Positions 47,655 to 56,997 of a DNA stretch of 64,000 nt are shown here, piece after piece. Location of the stretch: IMG/VR virus record IMGVR_UViG_3300017763_000005, positions 1-64,000 of that record; one strand, written 5' to 3'. Every line of letters starts with the position of its first letter. The first letter of the stretch is position 1. The notes under the pieces are model-generated. The model saw nothing but the letters and a program-made list of their open reading frames with translations, had not been told where the DNA came from and made no database searches. Made by a program: the position numbers and the translations under genes. Source of the DNA: a virus.

Positions 47655-47866
47655 TGTGGTCCCTCCGGCAAAGCCTCGAATCTTTGGTTAACGAGTCTTT
47701 CAATAACTACGTTTCTATCAGTCATAGCAACTCTCATGTCGAATGACTCGCATAATCCTGGTCTAGCTACACCGCCATCCAGTTCTCTCAGAATACAACC
47801 TGTGTTCATTTCTGAGACCTCGTCGAATAATCTTTCGAGGGTTTGTTCATTTTGTAAATTTGACAT
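47651..47866 (-). CDS. Hypothetical early protein
   Basis: AAGGAG RBS; first gene after a promoter. Confidence 0.65.
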   Translation of the reverse strand: MSNLQNEQTLERLFDEVSEMNTGCILRELDGGVARPGLCESFDMRVAMTDRNVVIERLVNQRFEALPEGPQ

Positions 47867-47893
47867 TTTATCTCCTTATCAATTTATAGTTAT

Positions 47894-47969
47894 ATTATAC
47901 CATAGTTGGGAGCAGTTGTAAACGTTTTTTGTGAAAATAATTGAAAATAGTTGACAGAAAAGTGTTGTT
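47894..47969 (-). promoter_or_regulatory. Early promoter within promoter-module repeat copy 2
   Basis: GTTTACA-17-TATAAT at 47894-47922; repeat of 14541-14605. Confidence 0.8.
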
Positions 47970-47972
47970 CTC

Positions 47973-47996
47973 AAAAAGGGGAGTATGAAACTCCCC
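47973..47996 (-). terminator. Intrinsic terminator after the gp41 operon
   Basis: GGGGAGT/ACTCCCC stem with U-tract on - strand. Confidence 0.8.
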
Positions 47997-48021
47997 CACG
48001 AATTGTCATAATTAAAGGTTA

Positions 48022-48204
48022 TTATACTTCTTTTGCAATAAAAGTGTAAACACCGTAAGCAAGGGCTACCCAAGCTAGAAGGTCAACTAAGCCACCTAAG
48101 AGTAGGTAGGATAATGATAGTCCGATGATCATACCACCGTCCCAAGATGTTCTTTCTGCCCATCTATCCATTAACCATGCTTTTGCGTTATTTAACATAT
48201 TCAT
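48022..48204 (-). CDS. Small membrane protein
   Basis: AGGAG RBS; ERTSWDG plus two TM segments. Confidence 0.7.
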   Translation of the reverse strand: MNMLNNAKAWLMDRWAERTSWDGGMIIGLSLSYLLLGGLVDLLAWVALAYGVYTFIAKEV

Positions 48205-48215
48205 ATATTTCTCCT

Positions 48216-49607
48216 TTATACTTTAAAGTCCGCAAACGAGTCATTACTTTCCCGTTCACCAAACTTGTTTATCGGCTTATCTGGTATCATGTCAGACATA
48301 ATATCTGATTGAGCCGACTCCTCTACATCATATAGCTTCATGCGGGAACGATCTACACCAACCACAAATCTCTTGTATTTGGTCGGATCGTTATAACGAT
48401 TCTTCAATTGCTTTACCATTATCTGGCCAAGTTCCTCAAGTTCCTCTGTTGATATAAGAGCAAACATAAGATCTGCCGTTGCAGGTAAACCAAATGATTC
48501 AGATGTATCCTCTAGACCGACGTCAGTATTACTGTAGCCAGACCTTGTAGTCTGAGTAGCCGATACTATAGGTACATTGAATTCCACAGCCAGTCCGCGA
48601 AGTTCTTCCGCGATGGCTTTAATATAGGTATAACTATTTATACTTCCGCCCATGCCACGCATGCGACTTGAGGCACAAATATTTAAATAGTCAATATAGA
48701 TCATATCAGGACTAAAGTTCTTTTTGAGTCGCAACTCATTAAGTAAAGCCCTGAAATGACCAGTGTGAGCTGAGCCAGTAGGATATTCCTTAACAATAAG
48801 TTTACCCGTAGCAGCTTTCGCTATCTTTCCAATCTTATCATCGAATACATTTTTAGGTAATGACCCAAGTGATTCAATTGGCAAATTCATTAAGTTAGCA
48901 TCGATTCTTTCAGCGATACGTTCTTCTGCCATTTCCATTGTAATGTACAATACATTCTTACCTAAGTTAAGAGCACTTGCTGCACAATGACACATGAATA
49001 ATGACTTACCTACGCCAGTTCCGGCTAAGGCAATATTGAGAGTCTTATTAGGAAGACCTCCCTTAGTTATTTTATTGAAATAATCTAGATCAAATGGAAT
49101 TCGATCTTCTTTTCTATTGTAAAAATCAAATCTTTCTTCTGAGTTATCGATATAATCATGGCCAATTGCTTCATCAAATGAAACACCAAGAGCTTCTGAA
49201 AGTATTTCAGGTATAGCACCTTCACTTCGTTCTTTATCTTTACCATCAATGATTTGTATAGAATCCATGATAGCATTATAGACAGCTCTTTCCTTACACC
49301 ACTTTTCTGATTCATCAAGTAGATACTCAGTATCGATATCAGATTTATCAGCTATTTCGTTTACCAACCTTGATGCATTATTTAATACATCTTCAGGAGC
49401 ATTGATCTTTTTAAGCTCAAGCTCTAATATTTTCGATGTTGGTAATTTGTTGTGTTGACCTACAAAGTTTACAATGAGATCGAATACCGTTTTATGAGTA
49501 CCTTCGAAATATTCTTTCTTAAGATATGGTACTACACGTCTACAGAACTCTTCATTATTGAGAAGATGATTCAGTATGTGTGTCGGTAGTTGATTCGTCA
49601 TGTCCAA
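48216..49607 (-). CDS. gp41: Replicative DNA helicase gp41
   Basis: AGTGVGKS Walker A, IDYLNI, ATQTTRSG, SESFGLPATAD, KQLKNRY. Confidence 0.97.
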   Translation of the reverse strand: MDMTNQLPTHILNHLLNNEEFCRRVVPYLKKEYFEGTHKTVFDLIVNFVGQHNKLPTSKILELELKKINAPEDVLNNASRLVNEIADKSDIDTEYLLDESEKWCKERAVYNAIMDSIQIIDGKDKERSEGAIPEILSEALGVSFDEAIGHDYIDNSEERFDFYNRKEDRIPFDLDYFNKITKGGLPNKTLNIALAGTGVGKSLFMCHCAASALNLGKNVLYITMEMAEERIAERIDANLMNLPIESLGSLPKNVFDDKIGKIAKAATGKLIVKEYPTGSAHTGHFRALLNELRLKKNFSPDMIYIDYLNICASSRMRGMGGSINSYTYIKAIAEELRGLAVEFNVPIVSATQTTRSGYSNTDVGLEDTSESFGLPATADLMFALISTEELEELGQIMVKQLKNRYNDPTKYKRFVVGVDRSRMKLYDVEESAQSDIMSDMIPDKPINKFGERESNDSFADFKV

Positions 49608-49917
49608 TTCCTATTGTTGATTGATTAGTTTCGTTAGCATAATCTAACGAATCTGTTATTATATATTGTAGTACAGCTCCAAGATAGTTTTTAAATGTCT
49701 CATCTTTATCAAGTTCATCTACACTAAACTCGCCTGGATCTTGTACTGTATAGTTAAATGTAAGTGTAGCCATGTCCAGTGCTGGATCTTCTTTGATACC
49801 AACCTGTCCATAAACTACGATTACATCTTTCCATGTACCTGTTTTAAGAAGTACTCCACTTAAAGGGCTATTCTCATTTTCTACAATTGAGTAGTCTTTT
49901 TCAGATACATTATACAT
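49555..49917 (-). CDS. Hypothetical protein at the T4 gp40 position
   Basis: Between uvsX and gp41. Confidence 0.6.
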   Translation of the reverse strand: MYNVSEKDYSIVENENSPLSGVLLKTGTWKDVIVVYGQVGIKEDPALDMATLTFNYTVQDPGEFSVDELDKDETFKNYLGAVLQYIITDSLDYANETNQSTIGIGHDESTTDTHTESSSQ

Positions 49918-50969
49918 TAGTCTTCCGTTTCAATATCAAGATCAATATCAATCATTGGTCTATGTCCAATTGAATAATATGTTTTAACAAACTCTTTAAA
50001 GTCTGTATTTTTAAAGATTGGATCCCAGAATTTTTTAGTAAGAGTATCTTTTTCTCTTACTTTAGTATCGTTAATTTCTCCAGTTTTCATATCAACTGCA
50101 GCGTACCAACCAACGTTTGGTTTAGTTACATATCCACCAGCAAGAGCTACAGTTAAGAGTCCACTATACTGCTCAATACCACCTTCCCATGAAACACTAA
50201 TAGGTACTTTAGATTTTTCTTTTACAAACCTAGATTTCTCTACATTGATTACAAAGTGATACCCTTGAATCTCTGTTCCTTTTTTATCTTGTTGTCTTCC
50301 AATAATCCAAATGTTATCAGCTGAATAGTAAATACCAGTACCACCTGATACTACAGCTTTTGGAAATAAACCAATCTCTTGATAGGTATGGTTCACCGCA
50401 AGTAAAGGGATATTCTTCATAGTAAGATAAGGAGTAACCATTCTGAATAGTCCCTTTAATGCTTTAGCTCTTGTCATATCAGCAACTGATTTCTCATTCA
50501 AAGCATCTTCCAATTCTTTTTTGGACGCTAAATTACCAATTGAATCAATAACCACTATGACTTTATCGTTTCTTTCAATATTTTCTAACTGACCAACTAA
50601 ATCAAATTTAAGTTGCTCAACATCAGTAATTGGAGTATGTAATACTCTTGATGTATCGATACCAAAAGATTCGAAATAAGATTGTGGTGAACCAAATTCT
50701 GAATCGTAAAATAACATTACGGCATCTTCATGTTGTTTTAAATATGCTGCACCCATTAATAATGCAAATGAGGTTTTGAAATGTTTAGATGGACCAGCAA
50801 GAACTGTAAGTCCTGATGTTAATCCTCCATCAATATCTCCTGATAATGCAACGTTAACCATTGGCACATCAGTAGTAATTATGTCTTTCTCTGCAAAAAG
50901 AATAGACTTGGATAGTATAGATGTTTCTTTTATCTTACTATTTTTCTTTAATTTATCCATTATAGACAT
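49917..50969 (-). CDS. uvsX: RecA-like recombinase UvsX
   Basis: AGPSKHFKT, FYDSEFG, IDSIGNLASKKE, ADMTRAK. Confidence 0.97.
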   Translation of the reverse strand: MSIMDKLKKNSKIKETSILSKSILFAEKDIITTDVPMVNVALSGDIDGGLTSGLTVLAGPSKHFKTSFALLMGAAYLKQHEDAVMLFYDSEFGSPQSYFESFGIDTSRVLHTPITDVEQLKFDLVGQLENIERNDKVIVVIDSIGNLASKKELEDALNEKSVADMTRAKALKGLFRMVTPYLTMKNIPLLAVNHTYQEIGLFPKAVVSGGTGIYYSADNIWIIGRQQDKKGTEIQGYHFVINVEKSRFVKEKSKVPISVSWEGGIEQYSGLLTVALAGGYVTKPNVGWYAAVDMKTGEINDTKVREKDTLTKKFWDPIFKNTDFKEFVKTYYSIGHRPMIDIDLDIETED

Positions 50970-50970
50970 A

Positions 50971-51237
50971 TTATCTTCTCCTGCCTTTTTGAGGCTTCAT
51001 GTATGCATCATTGATGCGTTGTAATTTACGAGTTCTACTAATAGCTTCGGCTTTTTTGCGTTGCCTTCTTTGAGCTGGTTTTTCGTAGTACTGGCGTTCG
51101 CGTACTTCTTGTACGATGCCTGCTTTCTCACAGGCTTTTTTAAATTTGCGAAGTCCTACATCAAAAGGCATTTCCTTTTGAGGACGTTTATCTCGCGGGT
51201 TTCGATTGGGCCTTGGCCTTAAATCAATACTGGGCAT
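50971..51237 (-). CDS. rpsU: Ribosomal protein bS21
   Basis: [37 protein letters not shown]. Confidence 0.92.
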   Translation of the reverse strand: MPSIDLRPRPNRNPRDKRPQKEMPFDVGLRKFKKACEKAGIVQEVRERQYYEKPAQRRQRKKAEAISRTRKLQRINDAYMKPQKGRRR

Positions 51238-51269
51238 ATATTCTCCGTGTTTTATTTCTCATTGTATAT

Positions 51270-51298
51270 ATTATACCATAAAATCAGTGAGTTGTAAA
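51270..51298 (-). promoter_or_regulatory. Early promoter for rpsU-uvsX-gp41
   Basis: GTTTACA-17-TATAAT. Confidence 0.8.
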
Positions 51299-52458
51299 CT
51301 GTTTTTTTCATATTCATAGGTTCTTTTTTTATTGTCTTGAACTAAGAATTGAGTATCTACTAACTCAAGGTTATTATTTAAATATTCTTTAACCATACGT
51401 GCTGGATGTTCAGCTGTCGTTACAGGTACATTTTGACATATATGATTTAAAGATCTTTTTGCATCAAGCAATACAAAGTTAAATGGTAACTTCATAAGCG
51501 ATAAAGCTTCTCTTACTGTTAAGTAACGATCTTCATCTGGATGTGTTAAGCAAGTTGGCATATGTCCAACAAAAGCTCCTATTTTATCTTTAGGAATCTC
51601 TGTTGTTTTTCTCATGATATTACCACCCGCTTTAAGTTTATGATATTGTCTATCGCATTTCTTTGCTACATTCTCAAAACCGTTTGCTCTCATCCATTTA
51701 GCAACTTCTTTGTAGGTTGTTCTTTCTTCTATGTAATCCATAGGGTTAGTTGTCTTTTCTATTTTATTTTGAAATTCACTGTGGGATATACCACCTTCCA
51801 ACTCCTCTAATACATATTTATAGTATGGCTCTTCTGAAGGAGTCTTATCGTTACAAAGTATTTGACTCATTGGATCATTATCGCAGCGTTTTACTTCTCT
51901 TATATCATCAGCAATCATAGTTGGTTTTTCTAATACATAATCAAATAATGGTACTTGATCTCCTTTCCAAAAGAAATAAAATGTACGATCTCTTACTTGA
52001 CTTAATCCATGTAATATTGATTTTGTTTTAAAGATACTAAATGTATATCCATGTTCTTCTCCAATCTTTCTTAATCTTCGAACTACTGGTTCTCCCATCT
52101 TACTTGCTAACCTAGGAGCATTCTCTCCCCAAAAGACTTTTGGTTGAACCTCACCAAGTACATATTCTGCAGACTTATACATCCATTCGTTCATAGGATT
52201 ATTACTCGAAGCAGATGGACTAAGTGAGCTGAGCCCTGCACATGGGCATACAGTATTAATCACATCAACTTTTTCTGTGTAACTCGCTCCCTCTGAGAGG
52301 TTCAAATATGGGACACTATGGTTGTAATAATTGTTTAAGTGACTTTCATTAGCTTGAAATCCCTCAAACGTTAAGAAATACTTTGGCTTTTCTCCAAAGA
52401 CATTTTCCATTGCTATTGTTTCTCCACCTATTAGTGGTACTATACTTGCGTAACTCAT
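51271..52458 (-). CDS. C5 cytosine methyltransferase-like protein with degenerate SAM-binding motif I
   Basis: CPCAGLS (IV), GENAP (VI), QVRDRTF (VIII), RYLTVREA (IX), QNVP (X); motif I reads VPLIGG. Confidence 0.8.
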   Translation of the reverse strand: MSYASIVPLIGGETIAMENVFGEKPKYFLTFEGFQANESHLNNYYNHSVPYLNLSEGASYTEKVDVINTVCPCAGLSSLSPSASSNNPMNEWMYKSAEYVLGEVQPKVFWGENAPRLASKMGEPVVRRLRKIGEEHGYTFSIFKTKSILHGLSQVRDRTFYFFWKGDQVPLFDYVLEKPTMIADDIREVKRCDNDPMSQILCNDKTPSEEPYYKYVLEELEGGISHSEFQNKIEKTTNPMDYIEERTTYKEVAKWMRANGFENVAKKCDRQYHKLKAGGNIMRKTTEIPKDKIGAFVGHMPTCLTHPDEDRYLTVREALSLMKLPFNFVLLDAKRSLNHICQNVPVTTAEHPARMVKEYLNNNLELVDTQFLVQDNKKRTYEYEKNSLQLTDFMV

Positions 52459-53435
52459 CCGAAAAACTCCTCTAATCCTTGAGGTTCCATTCCATTCCAA
52501 TGTGGATAGAACTCTCTTGATAAATGTATTGATTGTGGCTTCTCCATATATTTAAAATCGAGCTTGCCTTCTTGATTGTATAAGTACTCAGTCCATCTTA
52601 TAATACCATATTGTTTTTCAATATAGTCATTAAACTGATTTCTCCAATCGTTTCTTTCTTTCCATGAACCATAAAATGGTTGACCTTTATAGAAACCTGA
52701 TTGTGGTATTCTTCTACTGACATCTTCAATTGGAAGCAACTCATAAATTTTAGCTTTATACTTACTTGCTTCTTCAATATATCTATCAGCCAAATCTTCT
52801 ACCTTTTGTTCTAATCTTATTGCATGATGACGAACATCAATATTACCAAAATAACATTCAAGCTCGTCGTATTCATGTGGTATGAATGTATCAAATCCTT
52901 CATTGATAGCTCCATTCAAAGTTTTAAATGGAACACTGTTGACTGTCCAGCCTGGACGATACATACATATTGAATGACTATCGCCAATAACTAGTTTACG
53001 AGTTGGATTGATATAGTCTACTCTTTCAGCTTCATTAAACATTCTTTCTAGATTTTTTAAGTCTACATCATGCCATTCTGGCTGAACCTCTTTTTTAGCC
53101 GATTCCAGTTTTGATTTAACCATTTCGTGGTACGGCGGGAAGTCGATTCCAATGGAATAGACTTTACCTTTGAACTGAGAAAAATTAACAGTGTTCTTAA
53201 CATAAGGAAAACCGTATACGCCACCAAACATATTAATTCCACCACTCCAATCAGTACCATGATAGACCCAAAGGTTATCATAAATATTATGGTCTTCAAT
53301 TTCTCCACCGTAGTTAACATCGCAGTTTCCATATTTCTCCTTTATCATATCTCCATACATTACTCCAGCAGCACCTCTATGAGAACCTGGTCTCTTTGCT
53401 ATTGGAATAAATGGACAATTAATTATATTTTTCAT
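52455..53435 (-). CDS. Protein with C-terminal SGNH-hydrolase-like domain
   Basis: VIGDSH, YFGNIDVR, SIHL blocks. Confidence 0.6.
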   Translation of the reverse strand: MKNIINCPFIPIAKRPGSHRGAAGVMYGDMIKEKYGNCDVNYGGEIEDHNIYDNLWVYHGTDWSGGINMFGGVYGFPYVKNTVNFSQFKGKVYSIGIDFPPYHEMVKSKLESAKKEVQPEWHDVDLKNLERMFNEAERVDYINPTRKLVIGDSHSICMYRPGWTVNSVPFKTLNGAINEGFDTFIPHEYDELECYFGNIDVRHHAIRLEQKVEDLADRYIEEASKYKAKIYELLPIEDVSRRIPQSGFYKGQPFYGSWKERNDWRNQFNDYIEKQYGIIRWTEYLYNQEGKLDFKYMEKPQSIHLSREFYPHWNGMEPQGLEEFFG

Positions 53436-54496
53436 TCAAAAAACTCCGTGAGTGTATTAGTTTTTTGTACTCTTGCTACACGTCTACGTGCGCAAGCTTT
53501 TTCATCTTCTCTTATTTGAAGGTATACTCCAAACTGACATGATAGAACTTCTGTTCCATAATACTTAAGAGAATCTTGTTCGTATTGAAACAATTTAGTT
53601 CCATCTTTCTTATCGATATTAAATGCTTCAGGATGAAAGACCACATCTTTTGTAAGTCCAATCTCATCTGCATTTTCTCTCATAAAATAAATTGCTTCAT
53701 CATATAGTTTCTTTGGAGCATCAGGCCACATAAGTTCTATTGTATAAACTGCTCCTGGTCCAGGCGCTACAAATCTTTGATCATGATGATACCTCATTTG
53801 TGGTAATACTGAAGATGAAGCTGCTCCGTGAAATCCGTAGTAATGTCCTATACCAGGCTGTTCTCTTAAAAGATTATATATCTCTGACATATGATCACAG
53901 AGTTGCATACGTTCTAAGAATCCAGTATCTCTAAATGAAGATACCCATTCACATACATCAACTGGATGAAACTTTCTATTTGGTTCGTTATACTTTCTTC
54001 TACAATGGTTTCTACCAGCTGTTTGAATAGAAGTATGTAATTCAGTCGTTCCCCATATTGGTTGTTTATTTGCAATTGCTTTATCTAAATTCTGTCTTAT
54101 TGATTGAATATAATCTTTGTCTTCATCTGCAAATCTATCAAAGTCTACAAATACATTATCTTCTCCTGAAGCTAAGAAGTGAACTCCTCTCCCTCCATAA
54201 AAATGAGATATAAAAGTATTACCAACAATATTCATTATTGAAGTATCTAAACTTGCAATCTCTTGACCAATAAATCTCATACGATCATCAAGTGTAATTG
54301 TTGGATGAAAATATTCTACATCTTCTCCAAGACCAAAGTCTGCATCTCCATGTCGATTAACAGCTTCATATGTTTCATCGATATAACCAAGTTGAATACC
54401 TGATCTTTGATTGACTTTATATAAGAACCAATTGAACTCTTTCATGAGTTCTTTATCGTAGTTCCACCAATCGTAATTATATTTAATACTTGACAC
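53432..54496 (-). CDS. Divergent aGPT-Pplase1 / 5-hmdU DNA kinase-like helical protein
   Basis: LDDRMRFI, HhH-like PGIGHYYG, VAPGPGA, EVLSCQFGVY. Confidence 0.6.
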   Translation of the reverse strand: MSSIKYNYDWWNYDKELMKEFNWFLYKVNQRSGIQLGYIDETYEAVNRHGDADFGLGEDVEYFHPTITLDDRMRFIGQEIASLDTSIMNIVGNTFISHFYGGRGVHFLASGEDNVFVDFDRFADEDKDYIQSIRQNLDKAIANKQPIWGTTELHTSIQTAGRNHCRRKYNEPNRKFHPVDVCEWVSSFRDTGFLERMQLCDHMSEIYNLLREQPGIGHYYGFHGAASSSVLPQMRYHHDQRFVAPGPGAVYTIELMWPDAPKKLYDEAIYFMRENADEIGLTKDVVFHPEAFNIDKKDGTKLFQYEQDSLKYYGTEVLSCQFGVYLQIREDEKACARRRVARVQKTNTLTEFFE

Positions 54497-54863
54497 GTTC
54501 CTCGTTATCTCTTTTACAATGTACTATTGAGACGTTTGGACATCTCTTTCTAATTTCTTTAATTTGTATAGGATCATCTTCAAAATGCATTTGAACTTCT
54601 ATACCAAGATCTTTTAACATATTAATCATTTGACCTTTAAAAATACCAGAAGCTTTTCTTCCATAAATTGAATTATCATAACGGTCAAGTGGATTCATAT
54701 ATACGGTATTATATATGCCTCTTGAATGTAGCATTTTTTCTGTAGCTTCTCTATCATGATACGGCCGCCCCGTAAGAATTATGTCATTCTCACAGGGTCT
54801 TACGCCGGTGACGTCTTCGCCAAAATAGATCACACCATCAATGTCAAAACTATTAACTTTCAT
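54483..54863 (-). CDS. Minimal HAD phosphatase
   Basis: SFDIDGV, LTGR, K, HFEDD. Confidence 0.85.
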   Translation of the reverse strand: MKVNSFDIDGVIYFGEDVTGVRPCENDIILTGRPYHDREATEKMLHSRGIYNTVYMNPLDRYDNSIYGRKASGIFKGQMINMLKDLGIEVQMHFEDDPIQIKEIRKRCPNVSIVHCKRDNEERVKY

Positions 54864-56145
54864 AATCAGTTTGACCAGCTTGGAAGGTGAAAGGCAAGTC
54901 TTTAGCCTTTGGTCTATTTTCCTTGAGCTGAGGTTTAGTCATGTCTGTAATGACTCTTCTCGCTAAGGCGTCACATTCAAATTTAGCATCCTCAGTTTTT
55001 AACTGTACTGGAGGAGTCTTTTGAGTCCAAGCTGATGGTCCTCTTAGATATCCAACAATACCCATTTCTGATGCTACCTTACAAAATCTAATTGCTGAAA
55101 CAACAACTCCACCAGAGTTTGGCGAATCTTGAACTGAAAGTCTTGCTGACATTTCGTATCTTGCTCCTGCAAATCCATAAGCAACCATATCAAAGTTTGC
55201 TATCTTATTATCAGATGAAATAAAATCTCCACCTGGTTTTTGTTGAACAGTAAGAGATGGACCAGCAAATAAAGTCATACCTGCTGTAGACTCATCTCTT
55301 ACAATATTCTGACCTTTAAGAACATTTTCTTTTGAGATATGTTTGTTTTTTAATCTATATTGTTTAGCCATATTTAAGAAGTCAGTATTAGCTGTTCTTC
55401 CTGTTCTAATATGTTCTTGACCTTGTGTAGATCCAGCTGCCATATTCATTTGAATATGTTGAGTAATCATAAGTCCTGAATCAAGCATTGCACCTTGTAA
55501 AACTTCTGACATTCTTGAAGCTCCCCAAGCTGATCTCATATCTGATCCAATGAAACTTAAACCAGCATCTATAAATCTTTGTTCAACTTCTAATGCATCA
55601 TCAGTTGAAATTAATGTAGGAATACAATTAACAAAATGTACTCCAGCTGCAACTGCGACATCAATCCAATATCTTGATGCTTCTTCTGATCCTACTGGTA
55701 AGTAATTAATAAGTACGTCTACATTATGATACTGTAATAACTCAACTGTTCTATCGAACGATTCAGCTGGAACAGCTCCATTTACAAATGTGACTTCATC
55801 TGGATAGTCATGCATATGTGGTGCTATCCCGTCCATTTCTGGAGCTGAATAGACCATTGCGTCTTTATGTACGCATGAACTATTTGATGTAGTAGTAATT
55901 TTATCGACATGATCCATAGCACAATTAGGTTGAGCTCGTAAAGCTTTTGCTAATTTCTTATTTACTTTTCTCTTATCGATATCAAATCCAACGACAAATT
56001 CTATATCGTGTACTGAATATCCTCCGATATCTTCATACATAAGACCTATTTTATCTTCTGGATTTTCGTTATAATATTGAATTCCCTCTACGAGAGACTT
56101 CGCACATGATCCGACACCTATGATGCCTGCTTTTATTTTTGACAT
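54853..56145 (-). CDS. ino1: myo-Inositol-1-phosphate synthase homolog
   Basis: GIIGVGSCAKSLVEG, INYLPVGSEEA, FVNCIP, TDFLNM, DSPNSGG, KTPP. Confidence 0.92.
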   Translation of the reverse strand: MSKIKAGIIGVGSCAKSLVEGIQYYNENPEDKIGLMYEDIGGYSVHDIEFVVGFDIDKRKVNKKLAKALRAQPNCAMDHVDKITTTSNSSCVHKDAMVYSAPEMDGIAPHMHDYPDEVTFVNGAVPAESFDRTVELLQYHNVDVLINYLPVGSEEASRYWIDVAVAAGVHFVNCIPTLISTDDALEVEQRFIDAGLSFIGSDMRSAWGASRMSEVLQGAMLDSGLMITQHIQMNMAAGSTQGQEHIRTGRTANTDFLNMAKQYRLKNKHISKENVLKGQNIVRDESTAGMTLFAGPSLTVQQKPGGDFISSDNKIANFDMVAYGFAGARYEMSARLSVQDSPNSGGVVVSAIRFCKVASEMGIVGYLRGPSAWTQKTPPVQLKTEDAKFECDALARRVITDMTKPQLKENRPKAKDLPFTFQAGQTDYES

Positions 56146-56213
56146 AATTTTTCTCCTTGTTTATATCAGTTTATTTGAGTGAGAAATTTGGCTGGGAGAC
56201 CCAGAGTAGCTCA

Positions 56214-56519
56214 CTATATACTATTAGTTATAACACTTATCAAGCCACTTCCTAAGATGAGACATGCTGCTGTGTTTAAAATTATCAACGCTCTATCTTT
56301 CCAGATAAGAGCTACTACTAACCAACCGAAACATCCTATTAAGGAAAAGGTTTGATCGTAGATCGCAAGATCAGGACTTGATCTTACTGCCATTGCCAAT
56401 AAAAGAATAGCAGATGCTACCCATTTTATATACCAATCGATTGTATACTTAGGAGTTGCACTCTTAAATATACGTTTTGAATTCTCTAATTCTTTTGCGT
56501 CAAACTTTGATTGACTCAT
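56214..56519 (-). CDS. Small three-TM membrane protein
   Basis: WYIKWVAS, GWLVVALIWKDRALIILN. Confidence 0.7.
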   Translation of the reverse strand: MSQSKFDAKELENSKRIFKSATPKYTIDWYIKWVASAILLLAMAVRSSPDLAIYDQTFSLIGCFGWLVVALIWKDRALIILNTAACLILGSGLISVITNSI

Positions 56520-56997
56520 ATTCTATACCTGCTTCTTCAAATAATTGTTCTGTTAATGTATCGCTTTTATTCCAACGATCTGGAGTATCTTGAGAGAAAG
56601 CCATTACTCTTTTGACACCGACTTGGATAAGACCTTTTGCGCATTCGCTACAGGTTGGTAATCCGTGTACATATACTGTCGAGCCTTTTAAAGATACTCC
56701 ATTTGCTGCTGCATTGTAAATACAGTTCATTTCTGCATGTACTACATATTTGTATTTTTCTTCTCTGTCATTATATCTTTCTTCAGTATCTTCAATACCT
56801 CGTGGAAACCCATTATAGCCTTGAGCTATGATTTCTCCATTTTCTCCAATAGCAACTGCACCAATTTGTCGGCTTGGATCTTTTGACCACGTGCCAAAGT
56901 GCCATGCTAGAGCGAGATATCTCGTATCCCAATTACTTGATAAGGTCAAAGTGTCTTTCATATACGTGTAAGTTTTGTACTTGCCAGTGAATATCAC
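56500..56997 (-). CDS. cd: dCMP deaminase (true start probably downstream of 56997)
   Basis: WSKDPSRQIGAV, GYNGFPRG, HAEMN, TCSECAK. Confidence 0.93.
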   Translation of the reverse strand: MIFTGKYKTYTYMKDTLTLSSNWDTRYLALAWHFGTWSKDPSRQIGAVAIGENGEIIAQGYNGFPRGIEDTEERYNDREEKYKYVVHAEMNCIYNAAANGVSLKGSTVYVHGLPTCSECAKGLIQVGVKRVMAFSQDTPDRWNKSDTLTEQLFEEAGIEYESIKV

